NCBI GenBank assembly: GCA_046583315.1
Contig: JAYGCN010000280.1
Span: 1 to 35,345, forward strand
Reading direction: 5' to 3'
DNA from: Candidatus Hydrogenedentota bacterium
GTDB lineage: Bacteria > Hydrogenedentota > Hydrogenedentia > Hydrogenedentales > GCA-2746185
Length of the DNA stretch: 35,345 nt
Numbering within the stretch: position 1 is the stretch's first letter; each line of letters begins with the position of its first letter. Shown piece after piece: positions 10,162-17,998 of this stretch. Made by a program: the position numbers and the translations under genes. Under the pieces are notes generated by a model. That model saw only the letters and a program-made list of their open reading frames with translations. It was not told where the DNA came from and ran no database searches.

Positions 10162-10189
10162 AGTATACCATAGCTAAGTTAATTTCCAA
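10162..10189 (-). promoter_or_regulatory. Candidate promoter for the two lipoprotein genes
   Basis: Extended -10 TGGTATACT; TTGGAA lies 16 nt upstream of the -10 hexamer. Confidence 0.4.
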
Positions 10190-10215
10190 ACCGGAATTCA
10201 CTTCCACCCGAATAC

Positions 10216-10245
10216 TTGAACACTCCCGGCAGTGTTTAGTATACT
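10216..10245 (+). promoter_or_regulatory. Candidate sigma70 promoter for tRNA-Asn
   Basis: TTGAAC-18 nt-TATACT followed by the GC-rich discriminator-like TGCGCCCC. Confidence 0.5.
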
Positions 10246-10376
10246 TGCGCCCCTACGAGACAATCCCCGACGCTTCAATTCGGTAGAGTGCCGCCAAGCT
10301 GGAACACACTGCCAATCGGGATACAAAGTTAAATAATGCTAAAGTCATGATCGCAAACACGATCATTTTCTACCAT

Positions 10377-10452
10377 TCCCCGATAGCTCAGTTGGTAGAG
10401 CGGCTGACTGTTAATCAGCATGTCGCAAGTTCGAGTCTTGCTCGGGGAGCCA
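10377..10452 (+). tRNA. tRNA-Asn (GTT)
   Basis: 76 nt. Acceptor stem TCCCCGA/TCGGGGA, D-arm GCTC..GAGC, anticodon stem GCTGA/TCAGC around CT-GTT-AA, T-loop TTCGAGT, G discriminator, encoded CCA. Confidence 0.98.
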
Positions 10453-10460
10453 TACAATCC

Positions 10461-10493
10461 AAAGGCCGTTCTCACACCGAGAACGGCCTTTTT
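10461..10493 (+). terminator. Intrinsic terminator, possibly bidirectional
   Basis: Perfect 13-bp stem AAAGGCCGTTCTC-acacc-GAGAACGGCCTTT ending in a T run, between the tRNA and a convergent CDS. Confidence 0.9.
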
Positions 10494-10518
10494 ATGATCG
10501 AGGCGATCATTGACTGAA

Positions 10519-11232
10519 TCACGCCCTCTTCCTATCCCCATCGCCCTCAATTTGGTCCCGAAATTGAGCGACCAATTCCGGGTACTCCTGTAAAGCCTCC
10601 CTACCCACCGGCCTGAGATCATAGAGAGCATGCCCCACGCGCTCGAACCAACCGTACACATCATTGTAGAGGACCGATTGCGTTTTCGGGCCTGTATTCA
10701 TCGCCCTGAGCTGTTTGGGAGATGTCGGACCATTGACGTCAAGATAAGTCGCAATCCGGATCGCATTCTCTCGATAAGCAGTAAGAATTTTACGGCGAGT
10801 ACTCCCACCACGATTGTGATCCCCAGAGCGACCCTCAATTTCCCGTATGACAGCCTTTCGCGCTCGATGATTCTTGCGTCGAGGAGCAACGATCGGATGA
10901 AACGCGATCTCCACACGTGGTTTCTTCGTCCCGAACGAAACAAGTATCAGGCCGAGTTCAAGCCGACGCAAAAGACGTTTCACATCTTTCCATCGAGTGT
11001 TCCGTCCCATCTTCGCCGGACGCGGAAAAGCGACGTACACCGAGTCCGAGAGTTTCTGACGATCCGTCGCCTGGTACAACAACTCAAGATTAAAGCGGAG
11101 TTTAAGTTCCACGATGATCAATTCGTCATCTTTGGTCGCGGTGACATCACAGTCCCGCACCTCACCTCGAACCGTGTACCCCTGCGCAACCAGATAATCC
11201 CGAACAGGCTCATAAAGATCCATTTCGAGCAT
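10519..11232 (-). CDS. DUF2161 family putative PD-(D/E)XK phosphodiesterase (start may be 11268)
   Basis: E-x-DLY-x-PV...GYTVRGEV..CDV...IIVELKLRFNL-x-L-x-x-QA-x-DRQ; GD-x-N-x-GG; TAYRE-x-A; YGWFERV. Confidence 0.85.
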   Translation of the reverse strand: MLEMDLYEPVRDYLVAQGYTVRGEVRDCDVTATKDDELIIVELKLRFNLELLYQATDRQKLSDSVYVAFPRPAKMGRNTRWKDVKRLLRRLELGLILVSFGTKKPRVEIAFHPIVAPRRKNHRARKAVIREIEGRSGDHNRGGSTRRKILTAYRENAIRIATYLDVNGPTSPKQLRAMNTGPKTQSVLYNDVYGWFERVGHALYDLRPVGREALQEYPELVAQFRDQIEGDGDRKRA

Positions 11233-11343
11233 CGGAGTTCTATCAACCTTTTTCTTTTCTAAGACCATGTTCGAACTCGAATCCAAAGGTCAACAACGAG
11301 ATTTCGGCGGCTCCAAACCAGATTGAAGATTGGTGGGTACCAT

Positions 11344-12342
11344 TCAGCGCAGATCCATAACCCACATCTTCTTGGTTACATCGCGCCAGTTCGGCGACCC
11401 GCCCCCAACATAAAGCTTGTCGTCGATAATGGCTGCAGCTGGAGACGACAACGCCATCGGCAATTCGGCCACGAGTTTCCAATTACCACCGGCTTCAAGA
11501 GACAACACATCCGCATCGATCTTTTTGCTCTCCCCTTTTTTCGTGGTATGTCCACCCACCATATAAATTTTGTCTTTGTAGACGAACGTTCCAGCTTCCG
11601 CATGAGAGTGCGCTTTCGGCAGAGATGGCCCCTCGCTCCAACTATCCGTCTCCGGGTCATAAATATCCACCCGATCCTGATCGATTTGACCCTGATCATG
11701 ACCAAACTGACCACCGATACAATAAATCTTTCCCTTCAACACCACACACGAGAACTGATTACGCGCCACAGGAATCGGCGCACGTTTTTCCCACGTCGCC
11801 GCTCCCTTCGCCCAATCATCCAGGTTCAATACCCAGTGATCGTCCGCGTCCGTAAGACGATCTTCGTGAATACCACCAATGTAATGTAGATTTCGCCCAA
11901 TCAGCGCAAGACCTCCCCCACCTCGCAGCTCCGGCAACAACGGCCCCGCGGTATACCGATCCTTGTCCACATCATAATTCCACACCTCGCGAATACAATG
12001 CCCCTTATACCCATCCTTATATCCACCCGCAAACCAGAACGTCCGGCCATCCAGCACAAGATTCATATGCGTAATCGCACTCGGCATCCCCTGAATCAGC
12101 GCCCAACTCCCATCCCTGGGATCAAAAATATTCGATATCTTGCTCGACTTGACACCCTGAAGATAACCGCCCAGAAAATAAAGCTTGTCATCCAACACCA
12201 TCGTACCGGCTTCCCACTTTTCAAACGGCATGTCCGGCAGCTCTTTCCATTCACCTTCCGCCTGAGCGATGGACGCTCCAGCCAACATTAAGCTAAGCAT
12301 CAGCGAGAGTGTCATGAAAATTGAACGCGTATCAAATAACAT
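11344..12342 (-). CDS. Secreted kelch-repeat beta-propeller protein (start may be 12315)
   Basis: Signal peptide ending AQA; six GG-containing repeats (LYFLGG, FWFAGG, LHYIGG, IYCIGG, IYMVGG, LYVGGG) with W-P spacing. Confidence 0.9.
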   Translation of the reverse strand: MLFDTRSIFMTLSLMLSLMLAGASIAQAEGEWKELPDMPFEKWEAGTMVLDDKLYFLGGYLQGVKSSKISNIFDPRDGSWALIQGMPSAITHMNLVLDGRTFWFAGGYKDGYKGHCIREVWNYDVDKDRYTAGPLLPELRGGGGLALIGRNLHYIGGIHEDRLTDADDHWVLNLDDWAKGAATWEKRAPIPVARNQFSCVVLKGKIYCIGGQFGHDQGQIDQDRVDIYDPETDSWSEGPSLPKAHSHAEAGTFVYKDKIYMVGGHTTKKGESKKIDADVLSLEAGGNWKLVAELPMALSSPAAAIIDDKLYVGGGSPNWRDVTKKMWVMDLR

Positions 12343-12368
12343 TTTATCATTCCTTCAAGTCAAGTCAA
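12341..12368 (-). promoter_or_regulatory. Candidate promoter for the kelch gene
   Basis: TTGACT-16 nt-TAAAAT with an extended TG. If used, it implies the ATG at 12315. Confidence 0.35.
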
Positions 12369-12421
12369 TCAGTCTAAATGAAAAACCGGGCGCATTCAAT
12401 AGTGAGGAAATACAGGTGTGC

Positions 12422-12450
12422 TTGACACCAACATCACGATAAGTCATACT
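12422..12450 (+). promoter_or_regulatory. Candidate sigma70 promoter for the FG-GAP gene
   Basis: TTGACA-17 nt-CATACT, followed by GGAGG and GTG at 12475. Confidence 0.6.
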
Positions 12451-12474
12451 CAATCGATTGGAGGAAATACGCCA

Positions 12475-13893
12475 GTGAATACACCTAAATGTATTCTATT
12501 AGTCGCAACTGCATCGATTTCCTGCGCATCCGTCTTGGCATTCGCACAGGAATCGATACCTGTCGGACATTCTAAAAGCAATGCCCGCGCACAGGACGGA
12601 ACATACATCTCCTGGCGCGAACACATCATTGACGACACCGAGCGCGCGGGAATTTCAATCAGCGGTAGCGACGGACTCGTGATGGCAGATTTGGATGGCG
12701 ACGGCTATCTGGACATCGTATCCGTACACGAATCGGACACCACCTACGACGGCGTGGCCGACGGACACGTGCGTGTAGCTTATGGCTCAGCCGACCCCAA
12801 TTCATGGACCCTTCGGACCTTGGCAGAAGGTGCTGAAGCCGGCGCCGCGGAGGACGTATCCATCGGCGACATAAATCGCGACGGGCATCTCGACATAATT
12901 ATCGCCTGCGAACTCTCGCATCTCCTCTATCTACAAAACCCAGGCAAAAACGTTCGCGACACGAAGTGGCCGCGTGTGATACCCCCACTCACCAAAGATC
13001 GCGGCTCCTACATTCGCGTATTCCTCGTCGATTTTGACGGGGACGGCCGCCTCGAAGCCGTCGCGCCCAACAAAGGCGAACAAAATCCCGATGGACGACA
13101 AGAAAAGAAAGCAATTTCCATCTACACGATTCCCGACAATCCCCTCGACGGGGATGCCTGGAAGGAAACAGTACTTGGCACCTACGTCGTACCACAAAAT
13201 TCGGAACCGATCGACTTGGACGGCGACGGCGATTCGGACATCGTCTGCGGCATTCGAGGTGAAAATCGAATCCTATGGTTCGAAAACATATCCAAGGGAT
13301 CGCTCACTTTCGAGGAACATAACATCAACGTCGATGGACCCGGCACAGGCGGCTTCAACATGGCCTATGTCGACCTCAACGGCGACGGACGACTCGACAT
13401 CGTTGCCCCATCAGGCCCCGCCATCACCCCCGGTCTAATTTGGCTAGAGCAACCCGCAACATCAAACCAAGAGTGGCTATCCCACCCCATCGGCACGATG
13501 ACACCCGACCTCTTGGTCGGCTTCACCGTTGCAGACATCAACGGCGACGGCGCGCAAGACATCATCGGCGGCAGCTACAGTCGCGGCGCACGCGATCAAG
13601 ACGGTGACATCGGCATCGACGGCATGCTCGGACGCATCGCATGGTTCGAAAATCCAGGGGAAGCCTCAGACGCCTGGATTCGTCACGACATCTCCCGACG
13701 CAAACGAGGCATGTTCGACAAATTCATCGCGCGCGACATGGACGACGATGTGGACATCGATTTCGTGTCCACCCGCGGCAATAGCGATCCCTACGACGGA
13801 GTTTTCTGGTTGGAACAAGTGCGCACCAGGGAACCTCAGCTCCGCTTTACTCCTGCGCGCAAAAACGAAAGCAAAGAAGTCCCACTACCCTGA
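12475..13893 (+). CDS. Secreted FG-GAP/VCBS repeat protein
   Basis: Seven D-x-[DN]-x-D-G/D-x-x-D Ca-binding-type repeats (DLDGDGYLD, DINRDGHLD, DFDGDGRLE, DLDGDGDSD, DLNGDGRLD, DINGDGAQD, DMDDDVDID); signal peptide ending AFA. Confidence 0.88.
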   Translation: MNTPKCILLVATASISCASVLAFAQESIPVGHSKSNARAQDGTYISWREHIIDDTERAGISISGSDGLVMADLDGDGYLDIVSVHESDTTYDGVADGHVRVAYGSADPNSWTLRTLAEGAEAGAAEDVSIGDINRDGHLDIIIACELSHLLYLQNPGKNVRDTKWPRVIPPLTKDRGSYIRVFLVDFDGDGRLEAVAPNKGEQNPDGRQEKKAISIYTIPDNPLDGDAWKETVLGTYVVPQNSEPIDLDGDGDSDIVCGIRGENRILWFENISKGSLTFEEHNINVDGPGTGGFNMAYVDLNGDGRLDIVAPSGPAITPGLIWLEQPATSNQEWLSHPIGTMTPDLLVGFTVADINGDGAQDIIGGSYSRGARDQDGDIGIDGMLGRIAWFENPGEASDAWIRHDISRRKRGMFDKFIARDMDDDVDIDFVSTRGNSDPYDGVFWLEQVRTREPQLRFTPARKNESKEVPLP

Positions 13894-13962
13894 CACAACG
13901 ACGCGACACCAAACACCCTCAAACTCCTCCACGCAGAAACGCGTGAAAAAAGGAGCGACCAG

Positions 13963-14334
13963 TTAAAGCAGGTTCTTGAAATGGCACGTCAGCAAGGTAT
14001 TTCCGCCGGCACTGACGACAGCCACGAAATTGGTGGTTTCACCTGCTCCATCCCAGAAACACGTTGTGTCAACGAGGTCTTTCCCGTGGAACACCGCAGC
14101 TCTGCCCGTATCATTAGCACCCACGGCTCTGCGGACAAGTAGCGTATTATTGTTCCTGTTGTTGGACCGCACGACGAAAGTATCGGTTGTGACAATAAAA
14201 TCACCATTCCCATCAACCAGGTTACATTCGCCGCCTCCCTAGTGAGTCGCGCTCGCGCCCACATACGATGTAAAGGATGCCATACCAATTCCGACGGCCA
14301 ACGCCAATGCGAAAATTACGGCTCGTTTCTTCAT
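13963..14334 (-). pseudogene. Small secreted hypothetical protein gene interrupted by an in-frame TAG
   Basis: GAGGAG RBS, ATG at 14334, MKKRAVIFALALAVGIGMASFTSYVGASATH, TAG at 14241-14239, then an open frame GGGECNLVDGNGDF...LLTCHFKNLL to TAA at 13963. Confidence 0.7.
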
Positions 14335-14669
14335 TACGATCTCCTCGTGCTCGTTGTCCCAAAAACACACTGCAAATCAGGGAATGTAACGGACATTTCC
14401 CGATAAGGGAATAAGCGATACACAGACAGCCCTACTCCCGATCACCGCGCACCAGAATGCCCCATAAACCCTTCGTTGTCTATACAAATAATAGTGAGAC
14501 CAATATGAAAGAGAACTCCTTCCCCTCAAACGCTGGTATCATTGGATTTAGCTGATTAGGCGAGTAATCGATACGTGTCCCGCCGAGTCGCTCATCCGCG
14601 GTCTCTGCAATGCTTCAAAGACGACTTTTGCCAGTGTTCTGAAGGGAACGATTGCGAGACGGAAAACCC

Positions 14670-16535
14670 CTAATCGTCATCAATTTTACCGTCGAAATAG
14701 TGAGTGATGGCTTCCAACGCCCGCTGGTCATAAGCCCGGCCTTCATCGGCGTATCCACCCAGCGTAGGCCACGAAGAAAACTTCACCACGACAAGTTCCA
14801 GCTTCGGAATGATGATGATACTCTGTCCTGCAACGCCCGAGGCACGGTAAGCATCCATATCCGGACTCACCCACCACTGACTGCGGTACCGTGTGCCGGG
14901 ATAACCCGTTTCAATCGCAAAAGTCTGAACATCCCTAATAAATCCCGGCGGTACGATCTGCCTATCCCCTACTTTTCCGCCATTCGCCATCATCAATCCA
15001 AAACGCGCCGAATCACGCAAGGTCGTGTTGAAGCCTCCGCCGATAAATGGCGTGCGGTTGATGTCGCTGATAATCACCGCGTCATGCTCCGCGCCAATCT
15101 TGGACCAGATCTCCGTGGACAACAATTCCACAAGCGATCGACCCGATGCCCGCTGCACAATCCAGCCCAACGCATCGGTGTTGGCAGTCACGTAATGAAA
15201 TTGCTCACCATGTTCCCCCTCTTTCGAAAAGGTCGGCAGCACATCATAAAGCCCCAAGCCGTCCGAATTATCAACCGACGTCATCGCGCGTGAATAGCGG
15301 AACACATCCGACTCCGGGTCAGCGTAATCTTCCACATACCGGATACCCAGATTCATATCTAGCACATGTCGCACCAGAGCATCACCGTACGCGCTTCCCT
15401 TCATCTCGGGCACATAATCAATCACCGGCGCATCCGGATTCAGAATCCCCCGATCAATCAGCATGCCCGCGATCGTACCCAGATACGATTTCGACATGGA
15501 GAAAAGGTTGTGCAAGGTATCGGGTTCCATATCATTCAGATAAGTCTCTGCGACCACTTCACCCTTGTACAGCACCAAAAAACCGTCCGTGTAACTGTCG
15601 CGCAACCAATCCGCCACAGTCACATCCGCGCCGTCCATATTACTAACCCTAAGACCCAGAACAGGCAATGGCGCGGATTCAAGCGGCAACACTTCCGCAC
15701 CCTGACGCGACACCCGCTGCGTCGGCATAAGCTCCTGCACATGCTGAAGTCCCCAACGATTCTGCGGACCAAGATACCAGTTTGTCCGGTTCACCTGTCC
15801 ATCATCCGTCGGCGGAAATCCTGTCATGAAATCGCCCGCGTGAGATTGTTCGTGGTGGGAAGTCGCGACAAATTCAGAGACCCGTTTCCCTAACTGCGCG
15901 GAACCCCCATCCACAAAATGGACATTGGCATCTTTTTGCGTCTCGCTCAATTCAGGATAGATGTGGTTATACAGATCGTTGATACGAACGCCGTGTTCGC
16001 GCATGATATCCAGCGCGACGGCATTGTAGGCCGCTTCGTCACCCCCACGACGTCCTGCCGCACCCACCGGCACCGGCGTGGTCGATGCCCAAATCAGTTT
16101 CGCATTCGTCTTCTTGAGCCGTTCAACCAGCTCCGTCAGATTCGAGCGATACTCAGACAGAGAGATCGTCTTGGGTTTCGAAGCATCCATTTTCCCCTCA
16201 GCATTCACCCGCCTGATGTCGTGCAGTCCCCAGTTGAAATGAATAACGTCCCAAGGCTCCTTGCCTAGCCACGCATCAATTTTGTCGAGCCCCCTCTGCG
16301 TGTTCCCCCCGTTCTCAGGAATACGATGCACATTGAATCGGCCTTCCAGTTTTTCCTGCACCGGAATGGTATAACCAATCGAAATCGAATCGCCAATCAA
16401 CAATACACGCGGCAATCCCGAAACATCTTCGACCGCAGCAAAAGGACCGGTTTGGGCTTGAGCGTAACTCGGGATTGTGACCAGAACCAAACACGTAACA
16501 AGTATGAACGTGTGAAACAGACGGGAGTCGCGCAT
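14670..16535 (-). CDS. Secreted fusion: SGNH/GDSL-like hydrolase plus beta-lactamase-fold serine hydrolase (NylB-like)
   Basis: N-terminal domain LLIGDSIS, FNWGLHD, NVHF; C-terminal domain FSMSKS (SxxK), HYVTANTD, ASGVAGQ; AGGAGG RBS; signal peptide. Confidence 0.87.
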   Translation of the reverse strand: MRDSRLFHTFILVTCLVLVTIPSYAQAQTGPFAAVEDVSGLPRVLLIGDSISIGYTIPVQEKLEGRFNVHRIPENGGNTQRGLDKIDAWLGKEPWDVIHFNWGLHDIRRVNAEGKMDASKPKTISLSEYRSNLTELVERLKKTNAKLIWASTTPVPVGAAGRRGGDEAAYNAVALDIMREHGVRINDLYNHIYPELSETQKDANVHFVDGGSAQLGKRVSEFVATSHHEQSHAGDFMTGFPPTDDGQVNRTNWYLGPQNRWGLQHVQELMPTQRVSRQGAEVLPLESAPLPVLGLRVSNMDGADVTVADWLRDSYTDGFLVLYKGEVVAETYLNDMEPDTLHNLFSMSKSYLGTIAGMLIDRGILNPDAPVIDYVPEMKGSAYGDALVRHVLDMNLGIRYVEDYADPESDVFRYSRAMTSVDNSDGLGLYDVLPTFSKEGEHGEQFHYVTANTDALGWIVQRASGRSLVELLSTEIWSKIGAEHDAVIISDINRTPFIGGGFNTTLRDSARFGLMMANGGKVGDRQIVPPGFIRDVQTFAIETGYPGTRYRSQWWVSPDMDAYRASGVAGQSIIIIPKLELVVVKFSSWPTLGGYADEGRAYDQRALEAITHYFDGKIDDD

Positions 16536-16552
16536 TTCTACCTCCTAAGGGA

Positions 16553-17992
16553 TTAACCCTTCGCGAAACAGTGGATGTACCCCTTGTCAGTGCTGACATA
16601 GAGCTGTTTGTTGGCGACGGTAAGGCCGTGTGCGATGCCTTCGACCGGTCGCGACCAAATTTCGTCGCCGGTTTTGGCATTGTACGCGGCGATGGCGTTC
16701 GTACCCCCCGCGATCACGGTATTACCCGCTTTGATGAGGGACTGCGGGTATTCACACGCAATGCGCCACAAAAAACAATCCGGAAGTTTGGCAATGAACC
16801 CGTCCACTTCCTCCTGAACAGTCTTTTTCGATTTCGCAACGTCGCGCATCGCCTTCTTCACGACCTCATCGTCCTTGTCCGCCTTGGAACGCTTGCGCAA
16901 CTCTTTCAATTCTTTATCAAGACGTTTCAATTCGGGTTCGCGTGCGAATATTTCGCCTTGAATGCCGATGTATTCCTCACGATTGAAAGCAGATAACTCA
17001 CGCTTCGAATGCAGGTACGCAATTCCCCCATCCACGACGATGCGATTGGCCCCTTCATAAGAAGCCATCTGATCGCGACCCCGTTCGTCCGTTTCCTTGA
17101 ATCGGTCTACCTTCTGACTCGGCGCGCCAGCAATAAAATGGTCGTCTTCCGTAATCAACGCATACACGCCGCCTTCTCCAGAAATCGTGCCGCGTTTCTT
17201 GCCCTGATCGCGATTGAACACAATGGGAGCACTTCGACCCTGGAGCACATAGACGTATTCATCGGAAGCAAGAAGCGCCCCCTGCATCGCCATGCCCTGA
17301 TGCGTCGTCTTAAACAACCCCGGACCATCGCGGTGTCCCGTCTGCGCATCCACTGCAACCAGATGAGAATCCCGCCAAGGCAACAACGACGCGCCAAAAT
17401 ACGCAATCCCATCGCGAACCAGAACCCCCGTGCGCACCGGATACGTCGAAATCAGTTTCCCGTTACTGGGAATAATTTTGTCATCGGTCGACGGCTTGTT
17501 TTGCCAGACCAGTTCGCCCGATCTCGCATCGACGCAATACGCATTGCCATCATCCGAACCGAAATACGCCTTGCCATCGAAAATCGTCGGCGGCAAACGA
17601 ACAGGACCGTTCGTATAGAACGACCACGCATTGTCGCCAGTCGCCGCATCGAGACAATGCGCAGCATCGTCCGCCGAAGAACCAAAATAGACCTTGTCAT
17701 CAACAACCGTCACATAAAACGCCGGATCAAAGTTGCGCATGGATTTCAAATCGGACTGCTTGGAATAGGCATCCCACTTCGCAGGCCCCTCCCAGGCATT
17801 CTGCGGTGGCCGCGCGGACTTGAAGGTCCACTTTTCCACGAGGGGAAACTTGAGTTTCTCGTCAGTCGCACCGCTACGACGGTTATCGTGCTGATACGTC
17901 GGCCAATCTTCGGCCAAGGAAACGGCGGGACACGACAGCAGAACAACAGCGATCACCAGGAATACATTCTTCGGCACGTGAGAAAAGTTCAT
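16553..17992 (-). CDS. Secreted PQQ-binding-like (BamB-like) beta-propeller protein
   Basis: Signal peptide; DWPTYQHD-x-x-RSG; repeats VYFGS..CLDAATG..W, AYFGSDDG..CVDARSGELVW, YNAKTGDEIW. Confidence 0.88.
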   Translation of the reverse strand: MNFSHVPKNVFLVIAVVLLSCPAVSLAEDWPTYQHDNRRSGATDEKLKFPLVEKWTFKSARPPQNAWEGPAKWDAYSKQSDLKSMRNFDPAFYVTVVDDKVYFGSSADDAAHCLDAATGDNAWSFYTNGPVRLPPTIFDGKAYFGSDDGNAYCVDARSGELVWQNKPSTDDKIIPSNGKLISTYPVRTGVLVRDGIAYFGASLLPWRDSHLVAVDAQTGHRDGPGLFKTTHQGMAMQGALLASDEYVYVLQGRSAPIVFNRDQGKKRGTISGEGGVYALITEDDHFIAGAPSQKVDRFKETDERGRDQMASYEGANRIVVDGGIAYLHSKRELSAFNREEYIGIQGEIFAREPELKRLDKELKELRKRSKADKDDEVVKKAMRDVAKSKKTVQEEVDGFIAKLPDCFLWRIACEYPQSLIKAGNTVIAGGTNAIAAYNAKTGDEIWSRPVEGIAHGLTVANKQLYVSTDKGYIHCFAKG

Positions 17993-17998
17993 TATGAG

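Noticed and set aside
10329..10664. 111-aa minus-strand ORF
   Set aside because: Runs antisense across the tRNA and its terminator; spurious.
13924..13954. Hairpin CACGC-agaaac-GCGTG within CTCCT/AGGAG as a terminator
   Set aside because: The A/T tract is on the wrong side of the core stem for either strand; support is weak.
14504..14554. 16-codon ORF MKENSFPSNAGIIGFS
   Set aside because: Weak RBS and no features of a leader or RiPP precursor peptide.
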